Shown: positions 18,861 to 28,735 of the stretch, one piece after another | Layout of the letters: the number at the start of each line of letters is the position of its first letter | Position numbering within the stretch: position 1 is the stretch's first letter | NCBI GenBank assembly: GCA_963676915.2 | Contig: CAXXVK010000052.1 | Coordinates: 1 to 64,000, forward strand | DNA from: Myxococcota bacterium | GTDB taxonomy: Bacteria; Myxococcota_A; SURF-8; G963663525 | Reading direction: 5' to 3' | Length of the DNA: 64,000 nucleotides | The notes under the pieces: model-generated | The model's input: only the letters and a program-made list of their open reading frames with translations | What the model was told of the DNA's origin: nothing | Database searches by the model: none | Made by a program: the position numbers and the translations under genes

Positions 18861-20162
18861 TTAAAGAACCTCTTCCTCGACAACGATTCCGAGATTCTCC
18901 AACTCGTCGAGCACCGGGTTGTAGATAGCTTCATGCACTGGTGCCCAAACACCTTTGAGCGTGATTTTGTCTTCCAGAATCAATTTCGTTGCAATGGCGG
19001 CAGGCAAAGCCACGGTACGCGCCATGGCGGAATCTCCGCCCGGTTGTCCGAATTCCACCATCTTGCAATCCACCTTTTCCCGAACGCCGTCGGTTTCGAT
19101 CTCGAACTTATGCAACAACACGATCATATCGCGCTCGCCTTCGGCAAACTGCATCCGGGCTTCCATCTGCTCGCACAGAGCGTCCAACGGAGTATCGATT
19201 CCCTCTCCGATGGGGGTATCGATGAAGTAGCCGAGGAATTCGAGCTTTTCGATCAACGGATCGTCCTTGCCGAAACGTTCGATCAGCGCTTGTTTGGGAT
19301 TCGAAACGCCACCCAGCAAATCCCCTAGCAGCATTTTCAAAGTCATGCCGTCGAGATCCTGCGTTTTTGTGTCGAACAGACCAAGATCGATCATTTTCGC
19401 CCACGAATCGCAATGACCGGCATAGCGGATCGTCCCCCGGAACATGGTCTGTGCTTCTTCAAGACCGTAAGTTTCGATATACGCCAGCGAATCGCGGTTG
19501 GGATAGAGCTCGAATTCTCCCAAACCTTTGATCGGCATCGGCCAGCAGGTCCGCAATAACTCTTCACCGGGAACGGAAACGGTTTTGCCGCCTTGCTTGA
19601 AAATCGCCGGATTCGTAGCGGCCAGCAGAACGCCACGAGGACTCCAGGAAAATTTATACATCAGCGGATTGTTATTGGCTTCGGGTGACGGCAGCCCTCC
19701 GCAGGACGAGGAAAACTTCATCACTTTTCCGCCAGCGGCATGGGCGCGATCGATCACGCGCATGGCCGACATATGATCAATGCCGGGGTCCAAGCCGATT
19801 TCATTGAGGAACGTCAAACCTTTGTCTTTGACTTCCTGGTCGAGCGCACGCATTTCCGGCTTGATGTACGAAGTCGTAACTAGATGTTTTCCCAGTTCGA
19901 GGCAAAGACGCGCCACTTCCAGATGATGAATCCAAGGCAACAGGGAAACGACAAGATCCGCCTCGCCAATACTCTGTTTGAGGGCGTCCCGGTTCTGCAC
20001 GTCCAGGGCGTGGGCCTGGCCATCGGGATGGTCCTCGACCAATTTCCGGGCTTTTTCCACCGTCCGACTCGCCACCGTCACCCCGATACCGGGCTGATCC
20101 AGCAGATAGCGCACGAGAGGTCGGGCAACCAATCCGGCTCCTAACACGAGAACGTTGTGCAT
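18861..20162 (-). CDS. Saccharopine dehydrogenase (reductase-type)
   Basis: VLGAGLV, LVTTSY, EIGLDPGIDH, CGGLP, YKFSWSPRG, YPNRDS, RGTIRY, AMARTVALP. Confidence 0.93.
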   Translation of the reverse strand: MHNVLVLGAGLVARPLVRYLLDQPGIGVTVASRTVEKARKLVEDHPDGQAHALDVQNRDALKQSIGEADLVVSLLPWIHHLEVARLCLELGKHLVTTSYIKPEMRALDQEVKDKGLTFLNEIGLDPGIDHMSAMRVIDRAHAAGGKVMKFSSSCGGLPSPEANNNPLMYKFSWSPRGVLLAATNPAIFKQGGKTVSVPGEELLRTCWPMPIKGLGEFELYPNRDSLAYIETYGLEEAQTMFRGTIRYAGHCDSWAKMIDLGLFDTKTQDLDGMTLKMLLGDLLGGVSNPKQALIERFGKDDPLIEKLEFLGYFIDTPIGEGIDTPLDALCEQMEARMQFAEGERDMIVLLHKFEIETDGVREKVDCKMVEFGQPGGDSAMARTVALPAAIATKLILEDKITLKGVWAPVHEAIYNPVLDELENLGIVVEEEVL

Positions 20163-20175
20163 GGGTATACCTTTC

Positions 20176-21501
20176 TTACCTGGAAGAAACGGTGGCGTCG
20201 TGCAATTGAGCGGAGATTTCCAACGCTTTGCCGACTTCCTCGGCCACCTTGGGGTTCTTTATCGCCGAAATAGTACGTTCGAGAGCTTCGATAGGCGGAA
20301 CACCGCCCAGACGCGCCAGAAGTCCCGTAGCAGCCGCCATCCGATTGGCTTTGCTAAGACGGAACGAAGCGTCTTTGAAATCACAGACTACCTTCCCTGC
20401 TTTCGTTTGTACTTCCAGCCCATCTTGCAAAATCAACAATGCCGTTTCGGGCAATGCTTCGATCATGTCGCGGGATTGAAGCAATCCTTCTTCGGAAAGA
20501 CACAGCACGGCTTGATAACTTTCGACACCTAAGTCATTGATTTTTCTTTTAGAAATTTTCAGCGACGACAACGAGTGTCCCGCCTGGACCGTAATCGGGT
20601 AATCGTCTTTCTGCGACACCCACATCCCGCAACGAATCGCAGCCAGTCCAAGGTTGGCGGCAGCACTGATCACTTTCATCCCGGCGCTACCCGCCAGCAA
20701 AATGTTGTATTCCTCACCCTCGAAATCCAGTGCATGGGTCTTTTCGATCGCAGCCCATTCAGAAGTTCGGGGCGTTTCAGGCCAAAGCGTGCGAAGTTCT
20801 TTGGCATATTCGGACCGGTCGCGCTGAATCAACACACCGGTAGAGCGTCCGTTGTCTTCGAGATATTGTGCAATGGCTTTCTTGTTGTAGCGGTTTCTAG
20901 GTCCATAATACGAGGTGCAGATCTCCATGATTTCCACCACGGAACAGCCCTCGTGCCGCATGGCTTCTGCCATCGTTTCGGCGAGATCCTGGTCATTGTA
21001 GATCTTTCGGGCAACGAACCCGGCTCCAGCCGTCACGGCGATTCCGGCGAGATCCATGGGGTATTCCAGATTCCCCGCCGGAGTGGTGGCCGTCAAGCCG
21101 CCGTGGGGCGTTGAAACGCTGTGCTGGCCGCCGGTCATGCCGAAATTGTTGTTATTCATCACAAGCACGGTTACGCCGACGTTGCGCCGGGCCAGATTCA
21201 ACAGGTGATGTCCGCCGATACCGCAGCCGCCGTCCCCGACAAGAACGACGACGTTCAGTTCCGGTCGAGCAAGTTTGACACCCGCCGCATAGGTAAACGA
21301 ACGTCCATGCAAACCGTGAAAGGTGTGCACATCGAAAAAGCGGTCTGACAATCCGACGCAGCCGATATCACTGACAAGCACCGTCCGTTTAGGATCGGCG
21401 TTGTTTTTTCTCAATGCCTCGTCCAGGGCTTCCAACACGAAGGAATGAGAACAGCCCGGACAAAACGGAAGGTCGCGACGATCCACATTCAGGTATTTCA
21501 T
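20176..21501 (-). CDS. 2-oxoacid:ferredoxin oxidoreductase beta subunit fused to gamma domain
   Basis: FCPGC, DIGC, HGR, GDG, NNNFGMTGGQ TPP motif; C-terminal AGSAGMKV gamma domain. Confidence 0.9.
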   Translation of the reverse strand: MKYLNVDRRDLPFCPGCSHSFVLEALDEALRKNNADPKRTVLVSDIGCVGLSDRFFDVHTFHGLHGRSFTYAAGVKLARPELNVVVLVGDGGCGIGGHHLLNLARRNVGVTVLVMNNNNFGMTGGQHSVSTPHGGLTATTPAGNLEYPMDLAGIAVTAGAGFVARKIYNDQDLAETMAEAMRHEGCSVVEIMEICTSYYGPRNRYNKKAIAQYLEDNGRSTGVLIQRDRSEYAKELRTLWPETPRTSEWAAIEKTHALDFEGEEYNILLAGSAGMKVISAAANLGLAAIRCGMWVSQKDDYPITVQAGHSLSSLKISKRKINDLGVESYQAVLCLSEEGLLQSRDMIEALPETALLILQDGLEVQTKAGKVVCDFKDASFRLSKANRMAAATGLLARLGGVPPIEALERTISAIKNPKVAEEVGKALEISAQLHDATVSSR

Positions 21502-21502
21502 C

Positions 21503-22615
21503 TCACAACCTTTCCATGATCTCAGCAGGGGTGATGCTTTTGCCATCGATACGCTGGAGCGAATCCACATCTTTGTCTGGGAATAATCGTTGCATTTCAC
21601 GCAGGTACTGGCCGTGATTCAATTCGGGAACGAGAAGTTTTCCATGCGATGAAACCGCCTCGACAAGTGCTTTTTCAGGAACCGGCCACAACGAACGAAC
21701 GATGACGAGCGACACCTTGGTGTCCTGCCCTCTTGCCAGACGAATCGCTTCCCGCGAGACACGAGCCATCCCGCCATAGGCTACGATGCAGGTATCCGCT
21801 CCATCTTGTACATCCGCTTCCACCGATTCGAGGCGATCCGCTCGAAACAGGATTTTGTCACGCAGGTGATCCAACGCGGCCCGAGCCAACTCAGGTTTTT
21901 TAACGAGCAGGCCGTTTTCCCCGTGGGTGGAGGTATTGATACGAGTCAGGAGATCGCCTCCTACCGGCGAGAAAGGCGGCACATCCTCGGAGTGTTCGTG
22001 CCGATAGGGAAGAAACCCCGGTTCGTTCGGATCGGCCTGAACCATCTCGATTTTGTCCGGCTTCACGAGGCGTTCCGAATCGACCGTCTGGCGACTCATC
22101 ACAAGGTCTTTGCTGGTCAGCAGGATCACCGGGGTTCGTAATAAAGCGGCCAGATTGAAAGCTTCGCAGGTTTGAACGTAGGCGTCTTCGATATCCACCG
22201 GGCAACGAACCACCATCGGATATCCACCCGACGTTCCCCAACGGGCGAATTGCACGTCTCCTTCGGCGTTGGTCGTCGCTCCGCCGGTCGCCGGTCCCAT
22301 TCGCTGAACTACGACGATCACAAGCGGTAACTCCGCCATCAGTCCGAAACCGATCTGCTCCGAATACAAGGACAATCCAGGTCCGCTGGTGGCCGTCATT
22401 ACGCGCTTTCCGGCGGCGGCGGCCCCCAGACAAAATCCCATGGAGGCGATTTCGTCCTCTCCCTGGACACCGATGCCCTGGACGTTCGGCAAATCCCGCA
22501 GCATGGCGGCTAGAATACCCGAAGCGGGAGTGATGGGATAACCGGCGAAAAAGTCGCAACCGGCATCGATGGCGGCACGGGCGATGATATCCGCACCGGT
22601 AACATAATATTTCAT
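21503..22615 (-). CDS. 2-oxoacid:ferredoxin oxidoreductase alpha subunit
   Basis: GYPITP, EDEIAS, TATSGPG, QRMGPATG, PELNHGQ. Confidence 0.93.
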   Translation of the reverse strand: MKYYVTGADIIARAAIDAGCDFFAGYPITPASGILAAMLRDLPNVQGIGVQGEDEIASMGFCLGAAAAGKRVMTATSGPGLSLYSEQIGFGLMAELPLVIVVVQRMGPATGGATTNAEGDVQFARWGTSGGYPMVVRCPVDIEDAYVQTCEAFNLAALLRTPVILLTSKDLVMSRQTVDSERLVKPDKIEMVQADPNEPGFLPYRHEHSEDVPPFSPVGGDLLTRINTSTHGENGLLVKKPELARAALDHLRDKILFRADRLESVEADVQDGADTCIVAYGGMARVSREAIRLARGQDTKVSLVIVRSLWPVPEKALVEAVSSHGKLLVPELNHGQYLREMQRLFPDKDVDSLQRIDGKSITPAEIMERL

Positions 22616-23277
22616 GCGCGTTCTCCCACTTCGTCGGCCTGGCGCGTTTTTTTGAAACGGTGCCTCCATAGTCTTTCAGCAAACAACCGTTTCACCTCGC
22701 AGTGTTCCCCCTGAAAACACCGCTTCTATTTTCTTAGCCATACTCTTTGTGGGAAAGCAAGAGGTGTCAGCACCCTGTACAGTGAAAAATCGTCACATTT
22801 CGATATAAATCCCAATTATAAGTGATAATTCGGCACTTAAGACCCTCTCCCCTTACGAGAGTTTGACCTTTAAAATTCTAGTGAATTATGAGAACAAAAC
22901 CGTCGAAATCATCAAATTTTCTGCTATTTCCATTTTTATTTATAGGGGTGTGCGAATCGGATAACTGTAATTATGTTCAGCATTTAAATTATATTAAGTA
23001 TAGATATCAAGAGGTTACGATTCACATGGATTCAATGTTTGACAAAGAATTATATTCAATAGAAAATTTGAAATCGAAACGTCATGCGAAAAAATGAAAT
23101 AAGCGGTAGGGAGGAACCCGGTTTTTTTCATGTTGCCTGACGAATCGAGACTGCGGCAAGACTTCACATGCGAAAAAAAGAGAATGCGTCGAAAACCACC
23201 GGTGGGAGGGGGTTGGAGACTGCATGAGTTTTCATTGCCGGAATGTCCGGGAGGATGTAGAGTCAAAGGAGGGAAAC

Positions 23278-23466
23278 ATGGTCACCGTGAAAAAGTATGA
23301 AACGTACGAGGATTTCCGAAAAGAGGAATTCAAAAGCCTGCAAACCTTCTATGAAGATCTTGAAGACATTATGGAGCAGGATCTCTTCTCCCATTTCGAG
23401 GATGAAGATGAGTCCGGAAATAGTAAAACATCCCGCCGTGGACGCAGGAAACAGTACGTATTCTAG
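23278..23466 (+). CDS. Small acidic hypothetical protein (62 aa)
   Basis: Strong AAGGAGG RBS; YETYEDFRKEE N-terminus, acidic middle, basic tail. Confidence 0.7.
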   Translation: MVTVKKYETYEDFRKEEFKSLQTFYEDLEDIMEQDLFSHFEDEDESGNSKTSRRGRRKQYVF

Positions 23467-23530
23467 ATCCTTACAAAACGACACTCTCCTAGCGAAAAAC
23501 CTTTCCCGAAGTCGGTCTTTTCGGGTTGTC

Positions 23531-24148
23531 GTGTATAGTTTCGCTTTCATACTGCTTGCAGGCTGGTGCACGTCCTGTCTCGACCCTGAATACATCAATT
23601 TACCCACATTCAGTCAGGCCAGGGAAGAAGTTCTCAACGCCTGCAATGAAACGGTGCGAGTTCCCTACACTCCCGGTACAGACGAATTGGAATGGTATTA
23701 CGAGCTATGGCTCGGAGAATACATGAAGGTAACGAACTACTCCCGAGCGGTTCTGTTGTCGGTAGTGGTTATGACGCGCATCGAACTGGAAGAGGATTCC
23801 ATTAGCTGGTATTGGTATGTTTCCAGCGACTGGATGTATCTTCCGATGGAATTGACGCTGGAACGAACCGAGGATGACCTCGCCTTGTCGGAATCCTTGA
23901 ATAAAGCGTTGCAAAATGGAGACTACACTCCCGTTTACACCGTTTCGCCACTCGCAAAACTCAAAGCTCAGGAAACGTTGACGACCACCTGCAACAGAAC
24001 GTTTCAGTTCAGGGACTGCCCTGACCTTCGTATCGAATCCGGTCGTCTTTACTTATCCGCCACGGTATATGGAGAAGATCCAAGAAAATGCCGGGGATGG
24101 ATAGACCTGGAAAACCAGGTCGTCACCTGCCCCGAAGATTGTCCCTGA
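23531..24148 (+). CDS. Hypothetical lipoprotein (start uncertain)
   Basis: Hydrophobic stretch ending CTSC; remainder of ORF 23297..24148. Confidence 0.55.
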   Translation: MYSFAFILLAGWCTSCLDPEYINLPTFSQAREEVLNACNETVRVPYTPGTDELEWYYELWLGEYMKVTNYSRAVLLSVVVMTRIELEEDSISWYWYVSSDWMYLPMELTLERTEDDLALSESLNKALQNGDYTPVYTVSPLAKLKAQETLTTTCNRTFQFRDCPDLRIESGRLYLSATVYGEDPRKCRGWIDLENQVVTCPEDCP

Positions 24149-24188
24149 ATGGGAGCGCTTTCGAAAACACTCCCATTCGGAAAAAGAA

Positions 24189-24596
24189 TCAGTTTTGGTC
24201 GATCGGATCGTCGTCTTCGTCGAAATCTTCCTCTTCCATTTCATCGAAGAACTCTTCCAGCATTTCTTCCGACATCGCCTGAACGTGTGCTTCCACATGA
24301 ATCAGCACACGATCCATTCCTTCGGCGAGGCGGCCTTCTTTTTCAGTATGCTCGATAATCGCCGCCGCTACGGGACCGACGAGGTCGACGTATTCGAGGC
24401 AGGAAGAACCGAAAGTATTTCCCTGCTTGAGCTGCTCCAGAGAATGTTCACAGAACTCGTGCCATTCTCCTTCCTGAGTCAGTTCACTTAGGATTTGCAG
24501 AGATTTCTCTAGCGGCACACCCGAGCCGATCATGCAGGAAAAATCCGTCCAGAACATCAGGTCTTCAATAATTTCCATCATTCGTTCCTTTTTCAC
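24189..24596 (-). CDS. Stand-alone GspF/PilC (T2SSF) cytoplasmic domain protein with acidic tail
   Basis: FxxxFSxMIGSGVPLxxSL..G..F....E.EGRL pattern; no TM segment. Confidence 0.75.
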   Translation of the reverse strand: MKKERMMEIIEDLMFWTDFSCMIGSGVPLEKSLQILSELTQEGEWHEFCEHSLEQLKQGNTFGSSCLEYVDLVGPVAAAIIEHTEKEGRLAEGMDRVLIHVEAHVQAMSEEMLEEFFDEMEEEDFDEDDDPIDQN

Positions 24597-24776
24597 TCGT
24601 AAATACAGTTAATGACATAAAAACTTACCTTCCTGTTCTTAGCGATACTGGACTCTAAACGCAAGAAAACATACGTTTTCAAATGGACTGAATCCATCGA
24701 ACAAACAATCGGATCATTTTCTTTCCTTACGAAACCATAATTTCGAACAAAGAGAGTCAAAAATCACAAAAAGTTG

Positions 24777-24804
24777 TTGAAAATCCTACCCGGTTCTGTA
24801 TAAC
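24777..24804 (+). promoter_or_regulatory. Putative sigma70 promoter
   Basis: TTGAAA-N16-TATAAC. Confidence 0.45.
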
Positions 24805-24806
24805 TT

Positions 24807-24943
24807 GCAATCCGTGGTTTAGGACTAGACGTGACGGCTGTTCGATACGCGAATCGCGCTCGTAATACACGGAAACGGAAGCTGTTTTTTCCCGAACGGT
24901 TTAGGGTGCCGGTAAAGGGTACTCGTCAAACCAACGGGATTGC
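24807..24943 (+). ncRNA. Candidate structured 5' leader RNA
   Basis: Closing helix GCAATCCGTGGTTT/AAACCAACGGGATTGC plus internal helices, ending right at the GGAGG RBS. Folded by eye only. Confidence 0.35.
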
Positions 24944-24955
24944 GGAGGTGGAACG

Positions 24956-26656
24956 ATGAACCTGATCGACAAGATTCAAATGCTCAAGCACATTGCCATT
25001 TGGCGCTTTACCTGGAACCGACGCGACATCCATTTCCGTCCGTCGCATCTGAATCCCGAAAAATTCCTATCGGGTTACGAAGCAGCGCAAAAATTCAAAG
25101 ATGGCCAGACGGTCGTTTCCTGCGGAATGGCGGGACATGCGCGTTGTTCGATTTTTTACTGGTCGGTCCGGGATCTCTTCGAAGCCACCAACCATCCCAA
25201 AGATCTCACCTGGATCACGGTCGGAGCGCAAGGCTCACGCGGTCGCGTTCCCGGAACCATCGAGGAATTGGATCTCCCCGGCATCATCACGACCTACATC
25301 AGCGGCCATATCGAAACGGAAAAATCCCTTTTGAAACTGGCGGATAAGGGACTTCTCGAACTGCACACCATGGCTCAGGGTATGCAATCCTTTCTGCTGG
25401 AAGCCCAAGGAAAAGGTATTTTCGAGCTGGAAAGCGATGTCGGAATAGACACGTTTTTAGACCCTCGGGTAGGCAACGGCTCAGCGGTTTCACCCAACGC
25501 CAAACAACAGTTCATCGAAGCCAAAGGCGACAAACTCGTCTATCGCCTGCCGAAAATCGACGTTGCGATCTTCAACGCTCCGTATGCCGATAAAGAAGGA
25601 AACATCTACTTCAAAAACGCTTCCTCGCTTACCGAAAACTACGAGGTTACCGAAGCGGCTTACGCCAACGGCGGGCTGGTCATGCCTTGCGTCGGCGGAA
25701 TCATCGAGAAAAACGAAGCCGAAATCAGCATCCCCGCCGAGAAAGTCAGTTACATCGTTTATAATCCGTACAATGAGCAAACCGGCTCCATCCCGATGAG
25801 TCGATACTGGCCGATGTTCACCGTCGGTGCCAAACATGATGTGAATGATGCGGTCGAGAAGCTGAAATTCGCGAACAATGTTCTCAAAATCACTCCGGTT
25901 CGCGGAGACGTGGAAAACGCCATGGCCCGCCTGGCAGCCGATCTGTTCCTCAAAGAATCCCACAAGGGCGCTTTCGTCAACATCGGTGTAGGACTTCCCG
26001 AAGAAGTCTGTCGCCTGCTGTACGAAAACGGGCTGCACAAGGACGTAACCTTCAGTTCCGAAACCGGCGTTTACGGTGGATTACCGACCATGGGAATCTT
26101 CTTCGGAGGCGCGATCAACCCGGAGCGCATGGAGGGATCGTCCTGGATGTTCCACCAGTACGAGGAAAACCTCGATGTCACCAGCCTGGGCTTTTTGCAG
26201 GTTGACAGCGAAGGCAACGTTAACGTTTCCAAACGAGGGCCACGGATGCTCGACTACGTCGGCCCCGGCGGCTTCCCCAATATCGTTCATGGCGCGAAAA
26301 CCATTCTGTTCATTGGTAGCTGGGCGGCACATTCCAAAATGGCCGTGAGCAATGGCCAATTGGTCATCGAAAATCCCGGAACGCCGAAATTCGTGGAAAA
26401 AGTGGACCAGATCACTTTCAGCGGCAAGCAAGCGCTGAAAATGGGGAAAAAGGTGTACTACATCACGAATCTCGGACTGTTCAAATTGACCGAAGCCGGA
26501 TTGCAACTGGTGCAGGTCATGCCGGGAATCGACATTCAAAAAGACATCCTCGACACCACGAAAGCCAAAATACTTCTTCCTGAAAACGGAGAAGTTCCCA
26601 TCGTCAAAAAATCGGTGGTTACCGGCGAAGGATTCGAACTAAAGTGGGACGAATAA
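24956..26656 (+). CDS. Family I acyl-CoA:acetate CoA-transferase (YdiF/propionate CoA-transferase-like)
   Basis: VGIDTFLDPR, ADKEGN, NIGVGLPE, SETG, QVDSEGNVNVS, GPGGF, QITFSG. Confidence 0.9.
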   Translation: MNLIDKIQMLKHIAIWRFTWNRRDIHFRPSHLNPEKFLSGYEAAQKFKDGQTVVSCGMAGHARCSIFYWSVRDLFEATNHPKDLTWITVGAQGSRGRVPGTIEELDLPGIITTYISGHIETEKSLLKLADKGLLELHTMAQGMQSFLLEAQGKGIFELESDVGIDTFLDPRVGNGSAVSPNAKQQFIEAKGDKLVYRLPKIDVAIFNAPYADKEGNIYFKNASSLTENYEVTEAAYANGGLVMPCVGGIIEKNEAEISIPAEKVSYIVYNPYNEQTGSIPMSRYWPMFTVGAKHDVNDAVEKLKFANNVLKITPVRGDVENAMARLAADLFLKESHKGAFVNIGVGLPEEVCRLLYENGLHKDVTFSSETGVYGGLPTMGIFFGGAINPERMEGSSWMFHQYEENLDVTSLGFLQVDSEGNVNVSKRGPRMLDYVGPGGFPNIVHGAKTILFIGSWAAHSKMAVSNGQLVIENPGTPKFVEKVDQITFSGKQALKMGKKVYYITNLGLFKLTEAGLQLVQVMPGIDIQKDILDTTKAKILLPENGEVPIVKKSVVTGEGFELKWDE

Positions 26657-26896
26657 GTTCGTTTTCACTTGGTTTCGACTCTAAAGCATTCCGTAAAATC
26701 CCAACAAAATATTAGGAATGTACGGTTATTGTTGACGGGTCGGACATCATTTGCTATCCATCGAATCGTCTTGGTTACAACGCAACGCATAATGAAGATA
26801 CAATGATATTCAACAAGGTCACTTTTCAAATCTCCAACCATTTCTCCAGTTCCCTCGAATGCTCGTAAGTACTCGATTTGTGAAAGGAAACCGAAC

Positions 26897-28552
26897 ATGT
26901 CATCGAACAGCTATCCCAAATTTTTCTCCGAGCGCATTTTCTCCAACGAGGATGTTCTCAAACAAACCGTGAAATCCGGCACTTGCGTGGCTTCGGGTTT
27001 CGCCACATCCGAACCTCTGGCCTTCCACCACGATCTGTGGGACCACATCCAGGCAGAGGACATTACCGATCTCGAAATCAAAAACGCTCTGTATATGGCT
27101 CCGCACAAAGTCTGCGTTGGCGATGCCCTGCAAAGCAAAGGGAAATTCTACGATTTCGCCAAAAAGGCTTCCACGTCGTCGATTATCGGCAACCTGGCCC
27201 GCAAAGCCAACGCCATCACGCAGAAAACCGAAGGTCTGGGTAAACTGGTCGATCACTACCGGGAACTCAAAGAACGACGGATCGTCTTCACCTCCCCGTT
27301 CATCAGTGGTGCCACCAATATCATTATTCCGGCCAACGCCTTGACCCGCAGCATGTACCCGGAATTCGTCAATCGCAACACAACGCGCATGGGTATCACG
27401 CACATGCAGTCCATCCACTTCCCCGATGCCGTGGATTCGATGGGCTACAGCCCCGAAGGCGAACCGATGGTCGATACCTTCGCCGCCCCCTGCACTCCCC
27501 CCGATGAAAACGGCGACATGAGCCACGCCCTGGCTAATGGTGCTAACGGCGAAATCGTCGAAAAAGTCATCAAGGACGGTCGGATCAACCTCATCCTGTA
27601 CGTCAACCCGAAACTTCCGTTCACTCGCGGATACAACGACGCGAAAAATACCTTCAATATCAACGAGTTGGAAATGCTCGCGAACAATGGAAAACTTTTC
27701 GTCGTTGAAGACGACGGCAAGATCCCCGCGCTTCCGGCCAACTCTTTGGGCAACCCGCTTCCAGCCGAAGAACAAATCGCGCAGCACGTTGTCAACCACA
27801 TCGAAATGAACGGCGACTACACCAACGGCCGCGCCATCCAGGTCGGATTCGGCGGCACGGGCGTATTGGCCATTAAAGGTCTGAAAGATTCGAGCTGGAC
27901 CGGTCGCAGCTACACCGAAATGATGGAACCGTTCACGATGGATCTGTTCGAGGCGGGCAAAATCTCGGGTAGCCACTTCATCGAAAAAGACGGAACTCGT
28001 ACGCAACTCGACGGCAAAATGGTTTGTACCTTCACCATTTGCGAAGAAGGCGACGATTTCTATCAGAAAATCAACAACAATCCGAATCTGATCGTGGCCG
28101 CTGCGTCCCGCGTCGTGATTCCCGAGGGATTTTACTACGGATTGGGAATCAACAACTGCCTGGCCGTGGACTTCCACGGACACGTCAGCTCCGGCGGTCG
28201 TGGCAAAAACCACCACTCCGGTGTCGGTGGCGGCGCACAGATTTTCCGTGGACTCTCCAAGGGTGGCCTCGGCTACCTCTGCATGAAAGCCACCCATAAA
28301 AATTTCGCGGGCAAACTCCGCTCGTCGATCTTCCCCTTCTTACCTGAAGGAACCCCGATCAGCCACATCGGTCCCGACCTGATGGGCGGACGCGACGGCG
28401 CACGCTTCTTCCTCGTCACCGAGTACGGCGTGGCACGGCTTTCCGGTCAGAACCAGCACCAGTTCATCAAGAACATCATCTCCGTGGCCGATCCGCAGTT
28501 CCGCGATTGGCTCAAATACATGGCTCGCAAGGAATTCGGCGTCAACATCTGA
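26897..28552 (+). CDS. Acetyl-CoA hydrolase/4-hydroxybutyrate CoA-transferase family protein
   Basis: SEP, IQVGFGG, YTEM, INNCLAVDFHG, SGVGG, VTEYGVA, ISVADPQFR. Confidence 0.85.
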   Translation: MSSNSYPKFFSERIFSNEDVLKQTVKSGTCVASGFATSEPLAFHHDLWDHIQAEDITDLEIKNALYMAPHKVCVGDALQSKGKFYDFAKKASTSSIIGNLARKANAITQKTEGLGKLVDHYRELKERRIVFTSPFISGATNIIIPANALTRSMYPEFVNRNTTRMGITHMQSIHFPDAVDSMGYSPEGEPMVDTFAAPCTPPDENGDMSHALANGANGEIVEKVIKDGRINLILYVNPKLPFTRGYNDAKNTFNINELEMLANNGKLFVVEDDGKIPALPANSLGNPLPAEEQIAQHVVNHIEMNGDYTNGRAIQVGFGGTGVLAIKGLKDSSWTGRSYTEMMEPFTMDLFEAGKISGSHFIEKDGTRTQLDGKMVCTFTICEEGDDFYQKINNNPNLIVAAASRVVIPEGFYYGLGINNCLAVDFHGHVSSGGRGKNHHSGVGGGAQIFRGLSKGGLGYLCMKATHKNFAGKLRSSIFPFLPEGTPISHIGPDLMGGRDGARFFLVTEYGVARLSGQNQHQFIKNIISVADPQFRDWLKYMARKEFGVNI

Positions 28553-28575
28553 TCGCCCTCCCTTCACGATGTCTC

Positions 28576-28604
28576 AAGCCGTCGGATCTTCCGGCGGCTT
28601 TTTT
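28576..28604 (+). terminator. Intrinsic terminator
   Basis: AAGCCGTCGG-atct-TCCGGCGGCTTTTTT. Confidence 0.85.
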
Positions 28605-28735
28605 CGTGCCATCACGAATACATTGAAGTCGGTTCGTCTTTCTCCTGGGAAAACTCGGTATTGAAACCTATCCCATTTGTTGGTACAACGGGACGGACTC
28701 GCAGGCACGTACCTATATGGATCGAAAGTGGAAAA

